Shown piece by piece: positions 25,668-31,961 of a stretch of 31,961 nt of DNA. The notes under the pieces were generated by a model. It did no database searches and was not told the DNA's origin. It saw only the letters and a list, made by a program, of their open reading frames with translations. Each line of letters opens with the position of its first letter. Within the stretch, counting starts at the first letter, position 1. Made by a program: the position numbers and the translations under genes. Source of the DNA: a virus (Duplodnaviria; Caudoviricetes); IMG/VR virus record IMGVR_UViG_3300022923_002484, positions 1 to 31,961 of that record, one strand, 5' to 3'.

Positions 25668-28571
25668 ATGTCTTCCCACACCGTCAAAGCTCCTAAGAAA
25701 CTGATTGAAGTCGCGCTACCGCTCGATGCGATTAATATCGCCTGTGCGCATGAAAAGATGCCTGGAATCGGGGCGCATCCGCGTGGAATCCACCTTTGGT
25801 GGGCGCGCCGTCCCTTGGCAGCGGCACGTGCAGTGATTTTCTCGCAGTTGGTCAACGACCCCTCTTGGAAATGGGAAATGGAGCATCCGGGCGAAATCCC
25901 TCCAGGCCATTTAAAGGCATCATGGGCAGCCAGCCGCAAGCGTCTGTTTAAAATCATTGAAGACTTGGTGCTGTGGGAAAATACCACCAATGAAGTGGTA
26001 TTGGAGAAAGCCCGAGGTGAGATCCGCAAGTCCTGGTTGGAGGTCTGTGAGCTCAACAAAGACCACCCTGAAGCTGACGAACTATTTAATTCAGAGAAGA
26101 TGCCGGGGATGCATGACCCTTTTGCGGGTGGCGGAGCCATTCCACTGGAGGCACAACGCTTGGGCTTGAAAGCTTATGCCAGTGATCTCAATCCGGTCGC
26201 AGTCCTGATCAACAAGGCGATGATCGAATTTCCGCCAAAGTTTGCAGAGAACCCGCCGGTCAACCCTGAAGCACAAAAGAAACTTGGCGGTGCTTCAGGC
26301 TCCTGGCATGGGGCTACCGGACTAGCGGAAGACGTGCGCTATTATGGAGAGTGGATGCTTAAGGAAGCACGAAAGCGAATCGGTCATCTATACCCCCCTG
26401 TCGAGATCACCGAAAAGATGGCTCAGAATCGACCAGATTTAGTGCCATATATCGGAGAAAAACTACGGCTAATCGCATGGATTTGGACACGAACTGTCAA
26501 AAGTTCAAATCCCGCATTTTCTCATGTAGATGTCCCGTTGGCCTCATCGTTCATTTTAGCGAGTAAAAAGGGTGCCGAAGCCTATGTTTCCCCAATCATT
26601 TCAAAAGATAATTATTATTTTGAAGTAAAAAAAGGCCCGCCTCCAGCCAGCGCAAAAACAGGAACAAAGCTTGCGAGGGGTGCTAAATTCAAATGTCTAC
26701 TCTCCGATGTTCCAATGGAGAGTGATTATATTAAGTCTCAAGGCCGAGCAGGTAACCTAGGCTCCAAGCTCATGGCTATTGTTGCTCAAGGCAAACGTTG
26801 TCGTATTTATTTATCACCGCAAGATGCAGACCAAATAATAGCAGAAAGTGCGAATCCGAACTGGAAACCCAATCAAAAATTACCAGGAGATCTACGAGCC
26901 TTTTGGACCCCGGCGTATGGCGTTACGCATTTCAGCGACCTCTTCACTCCCCGTCAGTTGGTCGGGTTATCGACACTTAGCGATTTAATCGCTGAAGCGC
27001 GTGAAAAGATTTATAATGATTCTATTACTGCTGGCTTAAACCCGAATACACCTGGGATAGACGCTGGAGGAAACGGAGCCAACGCCTATTCTGAAACGAT
27101 TAGTCTGTATTTAGCGTTTGCGATAGATCGATGTGCAGACTTTTCAAATGCAGTTACAACATGGTCTCCTAATAACCAAAAAGTAATGCATTTATTCGGT
27201 AAGCAAGCAATACCAATGACCTGGGATTACCCTGAGGCAGCGTTGTTGGAAGAAGTCGTCGGCGGCTTCGCCCCTGCCACTGAATTCATTAGTAAGTGCA
27301 TTCTTAAGCTTGCAGGAGGACGCGCGGACGGAATCGGCTTACAAACAGATGCTCAAACTCAGAATATATCAAAAGGTCAGTTTATTTCGACCGACCCCCC
27401 TTATTACGATAATATAGGATATGCCGATTTATCGGATTTTTTCTACGTCTGGTTACGTAGAAACCTAAAGTCAGTTCTTCCTTCGGTTTTCTCAAGTATG
27501 GCAGTCCCGAAATCCGAGGAATTAGTAGCAACTCCCTATCGTCATGGAAGTAAAAGCAAGGCAGAAGACTTCTTTCTTGAGGGAATGCAAAAAGCAATGG
27601 AGAACCTTGCGAATCAAGCCCACCCAACTGCGCCAATCACTATTTATTATGCATTCAAACAGTCTGAAACTAAAGAAGGAGCAGGGACTACTTCAGCAGG
27701 ATGGGTTACCTTCCTAACAGCAGTCATTCAATCAGGTTTAGCAATAGTAGGCACTTGGCCGCTTCGAAGTGAACAAGAGTTTCGGATGATAGGTATGGGC
27801 ACAAACGCCTTAGCCTCCAGTATAGTGCTGGTCTGTCGTAAGCGCCCCGACGATGCGCCTACCACTTCACGCCGAGCATTCATTCGAGAACTCAATAAAG
27901 TGCTCCCCGAAGCGCTCGACGAAATGACTAAAGGAGCTGGGGATGATCAAGCACCTGTTGCGCCGGTCGACCTCTCACAGGCCATCATCGGCCCCGGAAT
28001 GGCGGTCTTTTCCAAATATAGTGCGGTGCTCGAAGCGGACGGCTCTGCAATGTCCGTAAAATCGGCACTTCAGTTGATCAATCGCTTCTTGGCAGAGGAC
28101 GATTTCGATGCAGACACCTCCTTCTGCCTGCATTGGTTTGAACAATATGGCTGGAAAGATGGTATTTTCGGTGAGGCCGATGTGCTGGCTCGCGCAAAAG
28201 GCACGAGTGTTGACGGCGTGCAAGCCGCTGGTGTGATCGCATCAGGCAGCGGCAAAGTGAGTCTCCTCAAGTGGGCGGACTACCCGACCGACTGGGATGC
28301 AGCCAAAGACAAACGCCTCCCTGTGTGGGAAGCACTGCATCACCTCATCCGCGTGCTCAAGCAAGACGGCGAAGCTCAAGGCGGCCTAGTGCTCGCAACA
28401 GTTGAGGGCAAATCTGAAGCGATCCGTCAGCTCGCCTATCGCCTCTACACCCTCTGCGAGCGTAAAGGATGGGCCGAAGACGCTCGCGCCTATAACGAAC
28501 TCATCACCAGCTGGACGGCACTCGAAAGCGCCGCAGCCAAAGCCCCGAAGCAACGTGAACTTTTTGATTAA
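25668..28571 (+). CDS. DUF1156-family adenine DNA methyltransferase
   Basis: KKLIEVALPL, HLWWARRPL, DPFAGGG (SAM binding) and TDPPYY (catalytic). Confidence 0.93.
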   Translation: MSSHTVKAPKKLIEVALPLDAINIACAHEKMPGIGAHPRGIHLWWARRPLAAARAVIFSQLVNDPSWKWEMEHPGEIPPGHLKASWAASRKRLFKIIEDLVLWENTTNEVVLEKARGEIRKSWLEVCELNKDHPEADELFNSEKMPGMHDPFAGGGAIPLEAQRLGLKAYASDLNPVAVLINKAMIEFPPKFAENPPVNPEAQKKLGGASGSWHGATGLAEDVRYYGEWMLKEARKRIGHLYPPVEITEKMAQNRPDLVPYIGEKLRLIAWIWTRTVKSSNPAFSHVDVPLASSFILASKKGAEAYVSPIISKDNYYFEVKKGPPPASAKTGTKLARGAKFKCLLSDVPMESDYIKSQGRAGNLGSKLMAIVAQGKRCRIYLSPQDADQIIAESANPNWKPNQKLPGDLRAFWTPAYGVTHFSDLFTPRQLVGLSTLSDLIAEAREKIYNDSITAGLNPNTPGIDAGGNGANAYSETISLYLAFAIDRCADFSNAVTTWSPNNQKVMHLFGKQAIPMTWDYPEAALLEEVVGGFAPATEFISKCILKLAGGRADGIGLQTDAQTQNISKGQFISTDPPYYDNIGYADLSDFFYVWLRRNLKSVLPSVFSSMAVPKSEELVATPYRHGSKSKAEDFFLEGMQKAMENLANQAHPTAPITIYYAFKQSETKEGAGTTSAGWVTFLTAVIQSGLAIVGTWPLRSEQEFRMIGMGTNALASSIVLVCRKRPDDAPTTSRRAFIRELNKVLPEALDEMTKGAGDDQAPVAPVDLSQAIIGPGMAVFSKYSAVLEADGSAMSVKSALQLINRFLAEDDFDADTSFCLHWFEQYGWKDGIFGEADVLARAKGTSVDGVQAAGVIASGSGKVSLLKWADYPTDWDAAKDKRLPVWEALHHLIRVLKQDGEAQGGLVLATVEGKSEAIRQLAYRLYTLCERKGWAEDARAYNELITSWTALESAAAKAPKQRELFD

Positions 28572-28593
28572 TCACTAGAAGACTATATTTATT

Positions 28594-31455
28594 ATGAAAC
28601 CTTGGAGAGAAATAGCAGTCCCCCACCGCGATGTATTAGAGGGCACCTTTCAACAGTCTGAATTTGCTGCAGACATCAGTGCCGTGCATACGGGCAAAGC
28701 GACCAAGGAGTATCAAGACGCAATCGCCTTCTACGAGCGCACCTACATCACGGAAGGGATGCGTCTATTGCTAACATCAGTTGCCAAAAGGTTAAACGGC
28801 GGCGGCGGCGACCCTGTCATCCAACTACAGACAGCCTTTGGTGGCGGTAAGACGCATACCATGCTGGCAGTGTATCATCTGGCAATGCGCAGTTGTTCAG
28901 TTACGGATTTAGCAGGAATCTCTAGCGTGCTAGATCAGGCAGGTATAATGGAAGTGCCGAAGGCCAAAGTGGTCGTGCTGGACGGCACAGACCTGGCTCC
29001 GGGGCAGCCTTGGAAACGAGATAAGCAGGTCATCCATACACTGTGGGGTGAACTGGCATGGCAACTCGGTAAAAAAGATGCCTACGCGAAAGTCAAAGAA
29101 GCCGACATGAACGGAACCTCTCCGGGCAAAGAAACGCTGCGTGGTCTACTCGCAGAGTATGGGCCTTGTGTGATTCTGATTGATGAGCTGGTCGCTTATA
29201 TCCGTCAATTCCCGGACTCGAAGCAATTGAGTGGGGGCACATATGACACGAATCTGTCATTCACCCAAGCACTGACCGAAGCGGTCAAGATGGTGCCCAA
29301 TGCTATACTACTCGCATCCTTACCAGAATCAGAAGTCGAGGCTGGTAGCGGTAAGGGTGTGGCGGCGCTAAAGGCGATGGAAAAGACCTTTGGTCGCGTG
29401 CAAGCGCTCTGGAAACCCGTAGCCACCGAAGAAGCGTTTGAGATTGTGAGACGGCGCCTATTTGAGCCAGTAGTCGACTCGGCTGCCCGAGATGAAATCT
29501 GTAATGCGTTTAAAGCAACCTATGTGGCTGAAGGTGATAAGCTCCCCAGTGAGACTCAAGAGAGCCACTATGCGGATCGTATGTTACAGTCCTATCCGAT
29601 CCATCCCGAGATCTTTGATCGCCTCTACGAGGATTGGGCAACGCTGGACGGCTTTCAACGCACACGTGGTGTTTTGAAGTTAATGGCCAAAGTCATCTAC
29701 AAGCTATGGAAGGATCAGAATAAAGACCTGATGATTATGCCAGGTAGCTTACCGCTCTATGATAATGAAACCCGCAATGAGCTGCTCTATCATCTACAGC
29801 CAGGTTGGGATCCCGTTATTGAGCGAGATATTGACGGCCCACGTGCAGAGACCACAGAGCTCGAAAATAAAGAGCCTCGCTTCGGAACTGTCCAAGCCGC
29901 ACGTCGAGTCGCCCGCACCTTGTTCTTCGGCACGGCGCCTGATGCAGTTTCGACAAAGAGCATGACGAAAACACGAGGCCTCACTCGGCCACGCATCCTA
30001 CTTGGGTGCTTACAACCGGGACAAAGTAGTTCCCTCTACTCAGATGCCCTCGGTCGCTTAAGTGACAATCTACACTACCTGAACACGAGCGGTGACCGCG
30101 CACAGGATACGACTCACTTCTGGTTTGATACTCGTGCAAATCTACGCCGGGAAATGGAGGAGCGCAAAAAACGCTTTGATGACAAAAAGGATATTCAGCC
30201 TGAAATGGCCAAGGTCGTCACTAAACTATGTGGCAGCATCGGCGTAACAAAAGCACTCCATGTATTCACGCCGCATAAAGACGTGCCTGATGATAGTGAG
30301 TTGCGACTAGTCGTCTTACCTCCTGAGAAATTTTACAGCAAAAATGAGGAGCGCCAATCGATCGACGCTGTCCGTGAATTTGTAAAGTCCCATGGAGACC
30401 AACCACGACATCGGCAAAATCGGATTCTATTTCTGGCCCCAGATCATGACAGTTTAGGGCGATTAAAGGATGCACTGCGGACGGCTCTCGCTTGGGAGTC
30501 GATTATCGAAGATGTCACAAGCCATCGGCTTAACATTGATCGAGCTCAAGAGAAACAGGCTAAGCGGGAATTACAGCTAACTGTCGACTCACTACCAAAG
30601 ATCACTCGCGAATGTTTCCGATGGTTGCTCTGCCCATTCATGAATGCACCCACAGAACGTGAAGTGAAAGTAGAAGCATTTCCGCTAAACACTTCTGGTT
30701 CTAACCTGAGTCTCGAATTCGAACGTGTGTGTTTGGAAAATGAACTGGTAATCATGACTTGGTCACCGATTCACCTACGTGATAGTGTGCTCAAGAATCT
30801 GTATTGGAAGAACGACAGGAAATCAGTGAAAGCAATCGATGTCTGGAATGACATGTTGTGCTACCTCTACCTACCACGACTACATACGCGTAGTATTTGT
30901 GAGCAGACGATTCAAAAAGGCGCTGCGAGCCATGACTTCTTTGGCACTGCCTACGGCGAGCATGAAGGCAAATACGATGGTTTTGTATTGGGAGATCCGA
31001 ATGTTCAACTCGATGACACGCTGTTACTCATCGAACCAAGTGCGGCGACAGCCTACGCAGCTGCTCTGGATGCCGAGAAAAAAGCAGAAGTTGCTGCTGA
31101 GAAGCCAACCGACACAGCGAATGAGGCCGATCAAGCGACTCTAAAGCCTAGCGGCGGAACCACCAATCCACCACCCGGGGCAGGAGGAGGAGAAAGTTCC
31201 GAAAAGCCAGCCCATCCAGTCGAGAAGATCCGTAGTTTCCACGGTTCCGTTGATGTGAGTGCCACGATGGCCAAGTTCAAGCTCTCAGAGATCTCGGATG
31301 AAATAATCGCGCAACTCACGAGTGATCCCAATGCGAACGTTAGCGTTACACTGGAGATTTCAGCAGAATTCGCAGATGGTGCTTCTGACCAAATCCGCCG
31401 AGCAGTATCTGAGAATGCAAATAACCTGACTTTCAAGAGCCAGCATTGGGAGTAA
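28594..31455 (+). CDS. DUF499-family AAA+ ATPase
   Basis: [15 protein letters not shown], Walker A FGGGKTH, Walker B ILIDE, YPIHPE and FQRTRGVL. Confidence 0.93.
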   Translation: MKPWREIAVPHRDVLEGTFQQSEFAADISAVHTGKATKEYQDAIAFYERTYITEGMRLLLTSVAKRLNGGGGDPVIQLQTAFGGGKTHTMLAVYHLAMRSCSVTDLAGISSVLDQAGIMEVPKAKVVVLDGTDLAPGQPWKRDKQVIHTLWGELAWQLGKKDAYAKVKEADMNGTSPGKETLRGLLAEYGPCVILIDELVAYIRQFPDSKQLSGGTYDTNLSFTQALTEAVKMVPNAILLASLPESEVEAGSGKGVAALKAMEKTFGRVQALWKPVATEEAFEIVRRRLFEPVVDSAARDEICNAFKATYVAEGDKLPSETQESHYADRMLQSYPIHPEIFDRLYEDWATLDGFQRTRGVLKLMAKVIYKLWKDQNKDLMIMPGSLPLYDNETRNELLYHLQPGWDPVIERDIDGPRAETTELENKEPRFGTVQAARRVARTLFFGTAPDAVSTKSMTKTRGLTRPRILLGCLQPGQSSSLYSDALGRLSDNLHYLNTSGDRAQDTTHFWFDTRANLRREMEERKKRFDDKKDIQPEMAKVVTKLCGSIGVTKALHVFTPHKDVPDDSELRLVVLPPEKFYSKNEERQSIDAVREFVKSHGDQPRHRQNRILFLAPDHDSLGRLKDALRTALAWESIIEDVTSHRLNIDRAQEKQAKRELQLTVDSLPKITRECFRWLLCPFMNAPTEREVKVEAFPLNTSGSNLSLEFERVCLENELVIMTWSPIHLRDSVLKNLYWKNDRKSVKAIDVWNDMLCYLYLPRLHTRSICEQTIQKGAASHDFFGTAYGEHEGKYDGFVLGDPNVQLDDTLLLIEPSAATAYAAALDAEKKAEVAAEKPTDTANEADQATLKPSGGTTNPPPGAGGGESSEKPAHPVEKIRSFHGSVDVSATMAKFKLSEISDEIIAQLTSDPNANVSVTLEISAEFADGASDQIRRAVSENANNLTFKSQHWE

Positions 31456-31698
31456 ATACTGGACTGGGGCAAAAAGGGGCATGTCATTACCTTTGCACTT
31501 ACCAGTATTTAGTAAGTGATTAAACTATCAAAATAGCTCCCCTCGCAGGGTTCAAAGGACACATAAAAAAGCCGAACGGGTCATGTCATTACCTTTGCGA
31601 TGGAAAGCGTGAATAAAGCAAAAAACAACAGCTCCTGCGATGGTGCTGTTTTTCGAAAAGTTGGGGGCGCCATTTTACATCATCTAAAGCCGCATAGG

Positions 31699-31720
31699 AT
31701 TTGCCAATTATTTGCCAATT
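31699..31720. promoter_or_regulatory. Tandem 11-bp direct repeat; candidate integrase arm-type sites
   Basis: ATTTGCCAATT x2, about 115 bp inside the att core. Confidence 0.5.
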
Positions 31721-31835
31721 TACCGACAAAAAGCCGCATTTAACCACACTCGGCTGCAATCGCAAAAGTTCGTAAAGCACTGATTAAGTGATGTTAATGG
31801 AAATTAAGTGCAGCATTAGGAAATCACCATTCTGA

Positions 31836-31858
31836 TTCGACTCCCGCCACCTCCACCA
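31836..31858 (+). other. Displaced 3' fragment of tmRNA (ssrA) or a tRNA; att core at the right end of the element
   Basis: TTCGACTCCCGCCACCTCCACCA is a T-loop, 3' T-stem strand, acceptor strand and CCA of tmRNA type. The 5' T-stem strand (GCGGG) is missing upstream. Confidence 0.8.
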
Positions 31859-31861
31859 TTT

Positions 31862-31888
31862 AAGTCCTGAGTAATCAGGGCTTTTTTT
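31862..31888 (+). terminator. Rho-independent terminator following the ssrA/tRNA fragment
   Basis: AAGTCCTGA-GTAA-TCAGGGCTT stem followed by a T-run. Confidence 0.8.
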
Positions 31889-31961
31889 GTGCCCGCTCGC
31901 CGAAGACTAATCACTCTTGCCGATAACAATATGCAAGGGTCGCCCTCCGCACGGACCACTT

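Larger units (their letters stand above)
1..31858. mobile_element. Integrated prophage or phage-satellite-like element (left end outside the window)
   Basis: Head/packaging, replication and regulatory modules, defence cargo and an att fragment. Confidence 0.85.

Noticed and set aside
25523-26140. 205-aa antisense ORF and other shadow ORFs over long genes
   Set aside because: They lie opposite or inside well-supported genes and show no independent coding signal.
31780-31858. Intact tRNA or tmRNA gene
   Set aside because: Only the 3' 23 nt fit; the upstream sequence cannot form the T-stem or a cloverleaf.

Overview
The window is most of an integrated phage-like element, probably from a Verrucomicrobia-type host (inferred from the cargo protein styles). 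From right to left it holds: a displaced 3' fragment of tmRNA (ssrA) marking an att end (31836-31858); a three-gene DUF3883-SNF2 helicase / DUF1156 methyltransferase / DUF499 ATPase defence cassette; a divergent switch (XRE repressor fused to a PD-(D/E)XK domain versus an HTH/Xis-like gene); a minus-strand recombination-replication module (SSB-like protein, exonuclease, resolvase, primase-like protein, RepA-type helicase) with an iteron/inverted-repeat origin right behind it; a ~1.7 kb structured non-coding block; and a Mu-like head module (TerS, TerL, portal with a fused MuF-like motif, protease/scaffold, decoration protein, major capsid) that ends at a hairpin. No connector, tail, lysis or integrase genes are visible in the window. 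Five AT-richer cargo genes, all with signal peptides and apparent leaderless promoters, lie between and after the head genes. Two insertion points retain diverged duplicates of the upstream gene's 3' end. The element is studded with co-oriented GGAG-type REP-like hairpins and 7/8-mer tandem repeats, several read in frame inside genes.
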